64,000 bases of DNA from Vulcanimicrobiota bacterium (GTDB taxonomy: Bacteria; Vulcanimicrobiota; Vulcanimicrobiia; Vulcanimicrobiales; Vulcanimicrobiaceae). Below are positions 51,745 through 61,124 of the stretch, piece by piece. The notes below the pieces were generated by a model. It searched no databases and was not told the DNA's origin. It saw nothing but the letters and a program-made list of their open reading frames with translations. Both the position numbers and the translations under genes were made by a program. The stretch is taken from the NCBI GenBank assembly GCA_963695225.1, contig OY968762.1, positions 1,920,001 through 1,984,000 on the forward strand, written 5' to 3'. Within the stretch, counting starts at the first letter, position 1, and the number at the start of each line of letters is the position of its first letter.

Positions 51745-53565
51745 TTAGACGGTCGAGAGCGTCTTGCGGTCGGCGCCGAACTGCGCTTCGGTCATCGCGA
51801 GAATGGAACCGGAGCCGTTCTTGATCTCGTGCCGGTAGGCGAGCGCCCGCGGCAGGATGTGGTCTGCGTAGAAGCGAGCCGTCAGGATCTTCGCCTGGTA
51901 GAAGTCCGTCTCGCGATCTCCCGCCGCGAGCTTCTCCGCGGCGAACTGGGCGCCCCGAGCGAGTTGCCAACCGCCCGCGACGGTCCCCCAGAGCATGAGG
52001 TACGGAACGGAACCGGCGAACGCGCCGGGCAGGTTCGCCATCGCGTTCATCCCCAGCCACATCGACGCGTCGCCGAGTGCGGCGACGGCCTTGCCGAGCA
52101 TCTCGCCGGTAGCCTTGAGGTCGGCGTTCTCGCTCGTCGCGAGGGCTTCGGCCAGCTTCGTCATTTGGCCGATCACGACGGAAGCCGTCTTACCCTGGTC
52201 CTTGAGCAGCTTGCGGCCGAGCAGGTCGTTGGCCTGGATCGCCGTCGTGCCTTCGTAGATCGGCGTGATGCGCGCGTCGCGGAAGTACTGGCAGGCGCCC
52301 GTCTCTTCGACGTACCCCATGCCGCCTTGCACCTGCATCGATAGGGAGGTCAACTCGGTCGACGTCTCCGTCGACCAGCCCTTGACGATCGGCGTCATCA
52401 GCTCGACGAACGCTTGCGATTCCTTGCGTACCGCCTCGTCGGGATTCGCGCTCGCGTGATCCATTGCGGCCGCGGTGACGAACGCGAGCGCGCGCTGCGC
52501 TTCGACGGTCGATTTCACCGTGAGCAGCATGCGGCGCACGTCGGGATGGTTGAAGATCGCGACGGGCTTGTAATCCTTCGAGCCGATCTGTGCGCTCTGG
52601 ATGCGCTCCTTCGAGTACTCGAGCGCGCGCTGGTAGGCGCGGTCGGAGACGGCGAGCCCCTGCACGCCGACGGAGAAGCGGGCCAAGTTCATCATGACGA
52701 ACATGTACGAGAGGCCCTTGTTCTCTTCGCCCACGAGATAGCCGATCGCGCCGTCCTTCTCGCCGTAGTTCAACACGGCGGTCGGGCTCGCGTGAATGCC
52801 GATCTTGTGCTCGATCGAGGCGCAATTGACGTCGTTACGCGCGCCGACCGAGCCGTCCGCGTTCACGAGGAACTTCGGAACGATGAACAGCGAGATGCCC
52901 TTGACGCCGGGAGGCGCCGTCGGCGTGCGCGCGAGGACGAGGTGCACGATGTTCTCGGCCATGTCGTGCTCGCCGTAGGTGATGAAAATCTTGTTCCCGG
53001 TGATGCGATAGTGGTCGCCTTCGGGGACGGCTCGCGTGCTGACGGCGGCGAGATCGCTGCCGGCTTGCGGCTCGGTGAGGTCCATCGTCCCGGTCCATTT
53101 CCCGGAAACGAGGTTCTCGACGTAGATCTTCTTCAGCTCGTCGCTCGCGTAGAGCAGGATCGCTTCGATCGCGCCCTGATTGAGCAGCGGCCCGAGCGCG
53201 AAGCCCATGTTCGAGGCGTTCCACATCTCGAGCGTCGCCGTCGAGAGCAACTGCGGCAGCCCCTGGCCGCCGTATTCCGGCGGCATCGGCAGACCGATCC
53301 AGCCGGCCTCGCCGAACTGATGGTAGGCTTCCTTGAAGCCCTTGGGCATGCGCACGTCGCCGTCGACCCACTTGGCGCCCTCGCGGTCGCCCACGACGTT
53401 CAACGGGTCGAGCACGTTGCTCGCAAAATTCGCCGCCTCGGCTAAGATCGGCTCGGCCATCTCGGCCGCTTCTTCGAAGCCCGGAAGCTTGGATATCTCG
53501 GAGAGCCCCGCCATTTCGAGCGCGAAATGCATGTCGCGAAGGGGGGCTTGGTAGCTGCTCATCAT
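51745..53565 (-). CDS. Acyl-CoA dehydrogenase (~600 aa type)
   Basis: TMDLTEPQAGSD, GNKIFITYG, GISLFIVPK, IEHKIGIHASPT, GGMGYVEE, IYEGT; AGGAGA RBS. Confidence 0.95.
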   Translation of the reverse strand: MMSSYQAPLRDMHFALEMAGLSEISKLPGFEEAAEMAEPILAEAANFASNVLDPLNVVGDREGAKWVDGDVRMPKGFKEAYHQFGEAGWIGLPMPPEYGGQGLPQLLSTATLEMWNASNMGFALGPLLNQGAIEAILLYASDELKKIYVENLVSGKWTGTMDLTEPQAGSDLAAVSTRAVPEGDHYRITGNKIFITYGEHDMAENIVHLVLARTPTAPPGVKGISLFIVPKFLVNADGSVGARNDVNCASIEHKIGIHASPTAVLNYGEKDGAIGYLVGEENKGLSYMFVMMNLARFSVGVQGLAVSDRAYQRALEYSKERIQSAQIGSKDYKPVAIFNHPDVRRMLLTVKSTVEAQRALAFVTAAAMDHASANPDEAVRKESQAFVELMTPIVKGWSTETSTELTSLSMQVQGGMGYVEETGACQYFRDARITPIYEGTTAIQANDLLGRKLLKDQGKTASVVIGQMTKLAEALATSENADLKATGEMLGKAVAALGDASMWLGMNAMANLPGAFAGSVPYLMLWGTVAGGWQLARGAQFAAEKLAAGDRETDFYQAKILTARFYADHILPRALAYRHEIKNGSGSILAMTEAQFGADRKTLSTV

Positions 53566-53656
53566 CTTCTCCTGAATGTCGTCTGCCTGCATAGGCTCTG
53601 CGGCCCGGCGCACCCGTTGCCCTGCCGGAGCAGGGTTCGGGCAGGGGAGGAAGATT

Positions 53657-53673
53657 ACTTGCAAATCGCAAGT
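53657..53673. promoter_or_regulatory. Palindromic operator ACTTGCAAATCGCAAGT
   Basis: Inverted repeat in the divergent intergenic region; matches the site at 58857-58873. Confidence 0.6.
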
Positions 53674-53738
53674 GAAGTCCGCTCTCGAGGGCGCGGCAGG
53701 TTCGCGAGAGAATTTCGCCAAGCCCGCGAAACCTTCGT

Positions 53739-53780
53739 GCCCCGGCTCGGCGCTGCGAGCGAAAGGACTCCGTTCGTGAC
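53739..53780 (+). repeat. 42-bp direct repeat, copy 1 (includes RBS and GTG start)
   Basis: gccccggctcggcgctgcgagcgaaaggactccgttcgtgac. Confidence 0.9.
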
Positions 53781-54756
53781 TGCGTCCATCCCCGATCCCT
53801 TCGCCGGCGGGCACCGCCTCTCGCTCGAGCGCATCGAGCTCGCCGCGCGCACGATCGAACCGGCTTTCCTGAACTCGCCGCAGTACGTTTGCGAGCCGCT
53901 CGGCGACGAGTTGAAAGCACGGGTCGTGCTCAAAGTGGAAACGCTCAATCCGATCCGCTCCTTCAAGGGGCGCGGAGCGGATCTTTGTGTCTCCCGGCTC
54001 CCGGCGCAAGCGAAGATCGTCTGCGCAAGCGCCGGCAACTTCGGTCAGGCGATGGCCTATGCGTGCCGCAAACGCAAGCTCGAGATCACGATCTATGCGA
54101 GCGTCAACGCGAATCCGCTGAAGATAGAGCGCATGCGCGCGCTCGGCGCGCGAGTGGAGTTGGCCGGCTACGACTTCGATGCGGCAAAGCTCGCGGCGAA
54201 ACGCTTCGCCGCCCAGAGCGGCGCGCTGATGATCGAAGACAGCTTGGACCCCGCAACAGCCGAGGGCGCGGGGACGATCGCCCTCGAGTTGCTGCGCTTC
54301 CCCGAACCGATCGACGCGGTCCTCGTCCCGCTCGGGAACGGCGCGCTGCTCGCCGGCATCGCACGCGTCCTCAAAGCGAAGAGACCCGAAGTGCGCGTCG
54401 TCGCGATCGGGGCGGCGGGCGCACCGGCGATGATCGAATCGCTGCGCGAGAACCGCGTCGTCGAGCACGAGCGCGTCGATACGATCGCCGACGGTATCGC
54501 CGTCCGCATCCCGGTCCCCGAGGCGCTCGGCGATTTAGGCGGTCTCGTCGACGAGACGCATCTCGTCGGCGAAGACGCGATCCTCGAGGGGATGAGCCTG
54601 CTCCACCGCCACGCCGGGATAGTCGCGGAGCCATCCGGCGCGGTCGGCATCGCGCTCCTCTTCGAACGCCCCGAACGATTCGCCGGGCTCACCGTCGCCA
54701 CGATCGTCTGCGGCGGGAATCTGACGCTCCGTCAAATGCGGCGCTGGCTCGGCTGA
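53776..54756 (+). CDS. PLP-dependent threonine/serine dehydratase-family enzyme without ACT domain
   Basis: SFKGRGA (PLP Lys), SAGNFGQ, PLGNGALLAG, TIADG, EPSGA, CGGN. Confidence 0.9.
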   Translation: MTASIPDPFAGGHRLSLERIELAARTIEPAFLNSPQYVCEPLGDELKARVVLKVETLNPIRSFKGRGADLCVSRLPAQAKIVCASAGNFGQAMAYACRKRKLEITIYASVNANPLKIERMRALGARVELAGYDFDAAKLAAKRFAAQSGALMIEDSLDPATAEGAGTIALELLRFPEPIDAVLVPLGNGALLAGIARVLKAKRPEVRVVAIGAAGAPAMIESLRENRVVEHERVDTIADGIAVRIPVPEALGDLGGLVDETHLVGEDAILEGMSLLHRHAGIVAEPSGAVGIALLFERPERFAGLTVATIVCGGNLTLRQMRRWLG

Positions 54757-54768
54757 GGGCTGCGAGGC

Positions 54769-54810
54769 GCCCCGGCTCGGCGCCGCGAGCGAAAGGACTC
54801 CGTTCGCGAC
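54769..54810 (+). repeat. 42-bp direct repeat, copy 2 (GTG changed to GCG)
   Basis: gccccggctcggcgccgcgagcgaaaggactccgttcgcgac, 40/42 identical to copy 1. Confidence 0.9.
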
Positions 54811-54832
54811 GGGGCAGCGGGGGCCGGCGAGG

Positions 54833-56638
54833 CTACGTCGTGCGCGGCGGGCGCGCGGTGAGCCGGCTGAGGATGCGCGCGGCATCTTGCCGGGCCGCGG
54901 GCGACGGAGCCGTCAGTTCGACCATCGACAAGAAGTCGTCGACGTTACGCGGCGTGTGGCCTCGCATCTCGACGCACTTGTACTCCGCCGCGAAGAACAG
55001 CTTCAACCTGGCCTCGTCGCTCGGGAAGGCGTTCGTGTCGCGGAAGAGTTCGCCGAGCGCGCGTGCGACCTGCGACTCGACGTCTCCGCGCCACGCGGTC
55101 GCGGACTGCTTGCCGTACTGATCGAGATTCGCCGGGATGCCCATCGTCTCGGCGATGAGCGAGCCCAGGTAATGCGCGCGACCCTCATCCCAGGCCGTCC
55201 CGAATCCGGTGACGTCGTTGACGTCGTGGTGGCCGCCGGGCGGAATGTTCTCGTTCACGCCGATCGCGTCGGAGATCGCGTGCGTGTATTCGTGGAAGAT
55301 CGTCGCCGCATCTTGATCCCGCGTCAGATCGCTGGGCAGCACCGTGATCGTGCGGGTCGCGTCGTCATATTCCGTCGCGTTGCCGATCCTGACCGGAACC
55401 GCGAGAATGCGGTTCACTTGGTCCGGCGACAAACCCGCGTTGAGCAACGTCTTCTTGAAATCGTAGCGCGTGAGGCCCAACTGGACGAGCACGTCGGTCG
55501 CGATGGCGAGGATTAGGGCGTTGGACGTATCGGCGACGGTGCGCGGCACGTCGATGAAGCGCACGGCGGAGCCCCTCACCGTCGCGCTGTTCGCGGTCGC
55601 GACGAACGTCAGCTTACCGTACGACGCGTTTTCGAAGACCGGAACGTAGATGACGAGTTCCCCGTTCTGCGGGACGGCGTCGGCCCGCAGGCTTGCGAGG
55701 AGATTGTCCCGCACGTAGCGCGAGCGTCCGGCGTACACTGCGAGCGCGGCTTGCGTACCTTTGAGCGTCCTCGCCGTCGGATCCCATGCCGTGATGCCGA
55801 TCAGGACGGGCGCGAGCGGAGCGGCCGCCTCGGCGCGCAGCGTCGGGTACGGGTCGGATGGAATCTTCAGCGTCTGCTTGACCGGAAATGCCCACATCGG
55901 CGCGCCCTGCGGGAGCGCCGGATACAGCGGTCTCAGCGGCTCGGCCGGGCGGTGCAACACCGCCGACGCCGGAACTTCGATTCGGTCCCAAACGATCGCC
56001 GGCGGCTTCGCCGCATCGAAGTCGACGAGGTCCTTCGCGATCCCGCTCGCGTCGGTGAGCAGGGAGCGTTCCTTCCCATCGACCCGCAGCACGATTCGGG
56101 CGCCCTGGATGTACGCTCTCGGCTCTCCCGCACCGGCGGTCAAGACCAGATTCAGCCGCTTCGCCGTCGCGGAGGCGGCCGGCGGCGGCGTGGGTCGCAC
56201 GGGCGTGGTCGCGGCACCGCCCGAGCAGGCGTGGAGGAACGGCTTTTCCCGCGTGTTCACCGTCGTTCCGGCCGGGCACGTGGTCGCGGGGAGGTGCACC
56301 ATTGCGGAGCCCATGTAGCCCATGGCGCCCTGGAACTGGAACGTCTTGGCGAGCGTGCACTTGTAGACGGTCTCGATGTCCCCTTGGTAGATGGAGCCCG
56401 GATCGATGGCAACCTGCGTGCCGCCTTTGCAGACGACCGGCGCGCCGTCCAAGAGCACCGGAATGTAGAGGCGCAGCTCGCGATCTTGCGTCAGCGTGCA
56501 GATCCCTTGGTTCCGGTCGATCACGCCTCCGACGCACCAAGGAACGCTGAGCGACTGGGCCCGAGCGGGCCCAGTCACGCTTGCGAACAGGAGACAACAG
56601 AGACCGGCTGCGACACCGGCGCGAAACGCATTGCCCAT
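54833..56638 (-). CDS. Secreted multidomain protein with a Cys-rich N-terminus and C-terminal HEXXH zincin domain
   Basis: Signal peptide ending ARA; six Cys in the N-domain; PT-rich linker; IFHEYTHAI...AWDEGRAHY. Confidence 0.72.
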   Translation of the reverse strand: MGNAFRAGVAAGLCCLLFASVTGPARAQSLSVPWCVGGVIDRNQGICTLTQDRELRLYIPVLLDGAPVVCKGGTQVAIDPGSIYQGDIETVYKCTLAKTFQFQGAMGYMGSAMVHLPATTCPAGTTVNTREKPFLHACSGGAATTPVRPTPPPAASATAKRLNLVLTAGAGEPRAYIQGARIVLRVDGKERSLLTDASGIAKDLVDFDAAKPPAIVWDRIEVPASAVLHRPAEPLRPLYPALPQGAPMWAFPVKQTLKIPSDPYPTLRAEAAAPLAPVLIGITAWDPTARTLKGTQAALAVYAGRSRYVRDNLLASLRADAVPQNGELVIYVPVFENASYGKLTFVATANSATVRGSAVRFIDVPRTVADTSNALILAIATDVLVQLGLTRYDFKKTLLNAGLSPDQVNRILAVPVRIGNATEYDDATRTITVLPSDLTRDQDAATIFHEYTHAISDAIGVNENIPPGGHHDVNDVTGFGTAWDEGRAHYLGSLIAETMGIPANLDQYGKQSATAWRGDVESQVARALGELFRDTNAFPSDEARLKLFFAAEYKCVEMRGHTPRNVDDFLSMVELTAPSPAARQDAARILSRLTARPPRTT

Positions 56639-56745
56639 CGTGCTACCGACTACGCCCCCTTGTAATGTGCACCTTACCTAGCGCGAAACGGTGCACCTGC
56701 GCGGCCGGCGGGCAGTCCCGTCAGCCCGCTGCGAGCCTTTCGATA

Positions 56746-57234
56746 TCAGCCGCCGAAGAGCGGATCCGGCTCCGTTGCGGCAACCCACGTTGCGCCGGTC
56801 GCGGCCAGAAACAGCCACGGAACGAGCGTCGCGAAGGAGCCCAAGAGCTTGCGGTCGATGTTGGCGGCGCGCTTCGCGGCGGCCAGGGTCAAGGCGAGGT
56901 AGCTGACCGCGTTCAATTGGCCGAGCACCGGGCTCTTCAACCGGAAGAAGAGCGGCCCGTACGCGACGTAGAGGAGCCAGGTCGCGGCTTCGAGCCGCAG
57001 GTAGGCCGTCCGGTCGGGGGAATCCGGCGCGTTCAGCACCTCGCGATTTCCCCAGAGCGTGAGGAGGTTATTGACGCTCCAGACGCCGGTGAACAGAAGG
57101 CCGGCGAGGGGAGCCCGCGCCTCGCCCGTGCGGCGTTCGATCTCGCTCTTCGGCACGAGCGCGCGCGCGAGCGCCATCGTCCCCGCGCCAAACGCTAAGA
57201 CTTCCGGCCAGGAGTATCGGCGGCGCTCGTCCAT
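56746..57234 (-). CDS. TspO/MBR-like membrane protein
   Basis: APLAGLLFTGVWSVN, YGPLFFRLKSP, LVPWLFLA pattern. Confidence 0.65.
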   Translation of the reverse strand: MDERRRYSWPEVLAFGAGTMALARALVPKSEIERRTGEARAPLAGLLFTGVWSVNNLLTLWGNREVLNAPDSPDRTAYLRLEAATWLLYVAYGPLFFRLKSPVLGQLNAVSYLALTLAAAKRAANIDRKLLGSFATLVPWLFLAATGATWVAATEPDPLFGG

Positions 57235-57318
57235 CGCATGCCGATTTCGCACGGGTCACGCGATTCCCCGGCCGCGGGCGCGCCTTCCGCCTCGCGGTTC
57301 GTGCCCCGTTGCGGGCGG

Positions 57319-57966
57319 CTAGATTCCCAAGACGCGGGCGAGTTCGGCCAGCTCCGTCACGCGATCGGGCGGGGGCGGCAGATCGCCGGGCCATGCCCTG
57401 GTTCCGTCGTCGAACCAAACGGCGGAGAGGCCGGCGCGCAGCGCGCCCTCGACGTCGCCGTACGGATCGTCGCCGACGTACCAGCACCGCTCGGGCCGGC
57501 CCAGCGCTGCGCTCAGCAACTCGAAGGCGCGGGCCTCCGGCTTGCGCGCGCCGATGTCGTCGCTGATCAGGGCGATCCCGTCGTATCCGATCGCTCCGAG
57601 CTTGGCCCGCTGCAGCGGGTTCCACCCGTTGCTCAAGACGCCGTACGGCACGTGCGCCTCGCGCAGCCGCGCCAGCAACGGATGCAAGCCCGGAAGCGCG
57701 ACGCACAGCGTCGCCGCCCCGGCGACGCAACGGCTTTTGAATTCCGAAAGCGATCGTTCCAAGGTCGACCCCGGGAACAGCGGTGCGAGGGCGTCCGAGA
57801 GCTCGAGCCCGCCCGCCCGGTAACGCGCGACGGCGCCGGCGGCGCGCCGCCCCGCCTCGGCCGGCGCCGCGCCGCCGTCGATGAGCATGCGCTGCAGCAC
57901 CCGCGTCTCGAGGTGGTGATCGATCGCGAGCGTGTGATCCAAGTCGAAACCTACGCCCCGGCTCAC
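57319..57966 (-). CDS. HAD-family hydrolase
   Basis: FDLDHTL, LSNG, RKPEARAF, YVGDDPYGDVEGA. Confidence 0.88.
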   Translation of the reverse strand: MSRGVGFDLDHTLAIDHHLETRVLQRMLIDGGAAPAEAGRRAAGAVARYRAGGLELSDALAPLFPGSTLERSLSEFKSRCVAGAATLCVALPGLHPLLARLREAHVPYGVLSNGWNPLQRAKLGAIGYDGIALISDDIGARKPEARAFELLSAALGRPERCWYVGDDPYGDVEGALRAGLSAVWFDDGTRAWPGDLPPPPDRVTELAELARVLGI

Positions 57967-57974
57967 GGCGCCGG

Positions 57975-58826
57975 CTACCTCGGCGGCGCCTTCTTGGGCT
58001 TGATCGCCTCCCACTCCGCGTCGCTCACGAGCGCCCCGAGCGCATTGAACTCTCCCGCGCCCGCGAGCGACTCGCCGCCGTCGATCGTGACGATGTCGCC
58101 GTTGATATAGGCGGCGCGCTCGCTCACGAGGTACGCCGCGAGATCGGTCAGTTCGCCGAGCTCTCCGAAGCGGTGCAACGGAACGCGCTCGAGCGCGCTC
58201 TTCTCGAGGCGCTCGAGCGGCATCAAGCGCGAGAATGCGCCTTCCGTCTTGAACGGCCCCGGGGCGATGCCGACGAAGCGGATCCCGCGTCCGCCCCACT
58301 CCGCGGCCAAGCTCTTCGTCATCGCGTCGACGCCGGCTTTCGCCATCGCCGAAGGAACGACGAACCCGGAGCCCGTGCGAGCGTAGGTCGTGCTGATGCT
58401 CAAGACCGTCGCGCGATGCTTCTCGGCGAGCCAACGCCGGCCGCACGCGAGCGTGACGTTCACCGTCCCGTGCAAGACGATGCGCAGCACGGCCTCGACG
58501 GCGCGCGGCGAAAGATCCTCCGTGCGCGAGATGAAGTTGCCGGCCGCGTTGTTCACGAGGATGTCGAGCGGGCCGCTTTCCCAGATGCGCGCGATCATCG
58601 CTTCGACCGCTTCGACGTCGCGCACGTCGCAGACGTGCGTTTCGATGCTTCCGCCGGTCGCCTGTTCGAGCTCGAGCTTCGTCGCTGCCAACACTTCGGC
58701 GCGCCGTCCGCAGATCGCCGCTCGCGCGCCGAGTTCGAGAAAACGCTGCACCATCGCGCGTCCGAGTCCGGTGCCGCCGCCCGTCACGAGGACGCGCTTG
58801 CCGGCGAGGAGATCGCTTGCAAACAT
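57975..58826 (-). CDS. SDR oxidoreductase, 2,4-dienoyl-CoA reductase (DECR type)
   Basis: TGGGTGLG, NNAAGNF, PSAMAKAG, SLAAEWG, YINGD. Confidence 0.88.
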   Translation of the reverse strand: MFASDLLAGKRVLVTGGGTGLGRAMVQRFLELGARAAICGRRAEVLAATKLELEQATGGSIETHVCDVRDVEAVEAMIARIWESGPLDILVNNAAGNFISRTEDLSPRAVEAVLRIVLHGTVNVTLACGRRWLAEKHRATVLSISTTYARTGSGFVVPSAMAKAGVDAMTKSLAAEWGGRGIRFVGIAPGPFKTEGAFSRLMPLERLEKSALERVPLHRFGELGELTDLAAYLVSERAAYINGDIVTIDGGESLAGAGEFNALGALVSDAEWEAIKPKKAPPR

Positions 58827-58856
58827 GAGCGCGACTTCTCCGCCGCCAGGGATTTA

Positions 58857-58873
58857 ACTTGCATTGTGCAAGC
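58857..58873. promoter_or_regulatory. Palindromic operator ACTTGCATTGTGCAAGC
   Basis: Inverted repeat in the 54-bp divergent gap between the SDR and HxlR genes. Confidence 0.65.
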
Positions 58874-58880
58874 AAAACGG

Positions 58881-59465
58881 ATGTCGAAGCAGCGCTTCCG
58901 GCGCGAGAACTGTTCCGTCGCGCGTTCGCTCGAACTCGTCGGCGAGTGGTGGAGCATGCTCATCATCCGCGAGGCGTACTACGGGACGCGGCGCTTCGAC
59001 GACTTCCAGCGCAATCTGGGAATCGCCACGAACATCCTGACCGCGCGCCTCCGCATCCTCGTGCGCAACGGCCTGCTGCAAAAAGTGGCGGACCCCGTCG
59101 ACCGGCGCCGCTTCGATTACCGCCTCACGGAGAAAGGGCGCGACCTCTTCCCGGCGACGATCGCGCTCCTGCAATGGGGCGATCGCTGGCTGCAAACGCC
59201 CAAGACGATCCCGTTACGCGTCGTCTCGAAGAGCGACGGTTCGCCGATCGCCGCGGTCGCCGTTCGCTCGACGACGGGTAAGGAGCTCACGATGCGCGAC
59301 GTCACGTGGATTCCGGGCCCGGGCGCGACCGCCGCGCAGCGTGCGCGTCACTCTCAAATAGAGGGCGTGAAGGGCGACGGCTCCGCACTCGATCCCCCCA
59401 ACGCAAGCCGGCCGGGTCCGCGCGGCGTCCGTCGCAAGTCCCCGTCCCCGCTCGCTCGCGCGTAG
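58881..59465 (+). CDS. HxlR-family regulator
   Basis: NCSVARSLELVGEWW, RRFDDF, LTARL, YRLTEKGRDL, QWGDRW. Confidence 0.92.
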   Translation: MSKQRFRRENCSVARSLELVGEWWSMLIIREAYYGTRRFDDFQRNLGIATNILTARLRILVRNGLLQKVADPVDRRRFDYRLTEKGRDLFPATIALLQWGDRWLQTPKTIPLRVVSKSDGSPIAAVAVRSTTGKELTMRDVTWIPGPGATAAQRARHSQIEGVKGDGSALDPPNASRPGPRGVRRKSPSPLARA

Positions 59466-59475
59466 CGCGGTTCGC

Positions 59476-60183
59476 TTGAAGGCCCGAGAGGAAGACGTTC
59501 TCGGCGAGATCGAGCGCGCGGTCGTCGGCTGCGACCGCTGCCCGGAACTGCGCGCGTACTGCAGCGAGATCGCGCGCCGCAAGAAGCGCGAGCATGCGGA
59601 CCGAACGTACTGGGGGAAACCCGTCCCGGCGTTCGGCGACGCGCGCGCGCGCGTCTTGCTCGTCGGCCTCGCGCCGGGCGCGCACGGCTCGAATCGCACC
59701 GGGCGAATGTTCACGGGCGATGCCTCGGGCGCGTGGCTCTACCGCGCGCTCCATCGCGCGGGCTTCGCGAACCAAGCGGAGCAACGCGACCGCGACGACG
59801 GGCTTCTCCTCGCGGACGCGCTGATCACGGCGGCCTTGCGCTGCGCGCCGCCGCAGAACAGGCCGACGCCGGAACAACTCCGCAACTGCGCGCCGTACCT
59901 GCAACGGGAGCTGGCGTCGTTGCACCGTCTACGCGTCGTCGTCGGCCTCGGCGCGATCGGCACGCGCGCCGCCTATGACGCGCTGCGCGAAGCGGGCTAC
60001 ACGTTCGCGCGCAAGCCCGTCTTCGCGCACGGCGCCGAAACACCGGCGGAGCACGCGAGCCGCCCCCCGCTCGTACTCCTGGCATCCTTCCACCCCAGCC
60101 GCCAGAATACGAACACGGGAAAGCTGACGGAGCCCATGCTCGACGCGATCTTCTCGCGGGCCCGGAGCCTCCTCGGCGGATGA
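59476..60183 (+). CDS. Family 5 uracil-DNA glycosylase (UdgB)
   Basis: CDRCPEL, GLAPGAHGSNRTGRMFTGD, HPSRQNT. Confidence 0.93.
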   Translation: MKAREEDVLGEIERAVVGCDRCPELRAYCSEIARRKKREHADRTYWGKPVPAFGDARARVLLVGLAPGAHGSNRTGRMFTGDASGAWLYRALHRAGFANQAEQRDRDDGLLLADALITAALRCAPPQNRPTPEQLRNCAPYLQRELASLHRLRVVVGLGAIGTRAAYDALREAGYTFARKPVFAHGAETPAEHASRPPLVLLASFHPSRQNTNTGKLTEPMLDAIFSRARSLLGG

Positions 60184-61052
60184 CGCGGCACGCCTCGTCC
60201 GCGTTCCTCGCGCTCGTTCTCGCGGCGTGCTCCGCCGCGGCCGGCGCGCAAACGCCGGCACCGGCCGCCCCGCAGCCGCCGGATGCGAACGAGATCTACG
60301 ATCGCGCGCGCGCCGCCGCGAATGCATGGACGCGGCCGCCCTTCATCGCGTACTCGACCCTTGCCACGTTCGAACGCAAAGGCCGCATCAAGGCCGAACG
60401 CTATCGCGTCGTCGTCCGCACCTCCGACGGCAAGAGTTACGTCACGCCGGTTGCGGATTCGCCGCGCGATCGGATCGATACCACCCCGCGCGTCGATGAG
60501 AAGCCGCCGTATCTCTCCCTGTTCAAGACGTTCGGTCTCGCCGACCCGCCGGCGGCGGAGAAGCCGGCGAGTTTCGAAGCGCCGGGGACGCCCGCTCCGG
60601 CTGCGAGCGAGCCTCCGCTGATCGCGGGCGTGAAGGTGACGGCGCGCGCGTACGACGTGACCTTGCTCGGCACCGAGACTTTCGGCGGCCGCCCGGTCTA
60701 CCATCTCGCGCTGCGCCCGGCATACGATCCCAAGCATCACCGGCTGCGCGAGCTGTTCGTGACCACGGACTCGTACCGCCTCGAACGCTCCGTGATCGAA
60801 GCGTACGCCGCCGCAGGCCCGTTTCGCCCGCATCCGTTCGTGACGATCGATTACGCACCGGTCGGCGGTGCGCAAGCGATCGTGCGGATCAGCGTCGACA
60901 TCACGCTGCGTGCGTTCTTCATCGCGTACGGGGGGCACGGGGAGTTCCGCGTCTCGAACCTCGAGGCGCCGGCGACGGAGCCGGATTGGATGTTCGATCC
61001 GGCGCTGCTCGCGGAGCACGTACGAACCGCGGCGGGCGCGCCGCGCCCGTAG
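60180..61052 (+). CDS. Hypothetical lipoprotein/secreted protein, possible LolA-like fold
   Basis: LAAC lipobox; YDVTLLG...VYHLALRP...RLRELFV beta-rich domain. Confidence 0.7.
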   Translation: MTRHASSAFLALVLAACSAAAGAQTPAPAAPQPPDANEIYDRARAAANAWTRPPFIAYSTLATFERKGRIKAERYRVVVRTSDGKSYVTPVADSPRDRIDTTPRVDEKPPYLSLFKTFGLADPPAAEKPASFEAPGTPAPAASEPPLIAGVKVTARAYDVTLLGTETFGGRPVYHLALRPAYDPKHHRLRELFVTTDSYRLERSVIEAYAAAGPFRPHPFVTIDYAPVGGAQAIVRISVDITLRAFFIAYGGHGEFRVSNLEAPATEPDWMFDPALLAEHVRTAAGAPRP

Positions 61053-61124
61053 CTGCTCGAAAGAGAAGCGGATGCCGCCGCGAACGGTCGACGCAATGGC
61101 CTTCTCCCCACCCGCGCCGCACTC

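Noticed and set aside
51745..54468. Apparent 907-aa acyl-CoA dehydrogenase
   Set aside because: The extension is antisense to the dehydratase; the RBS and start are at about 53565
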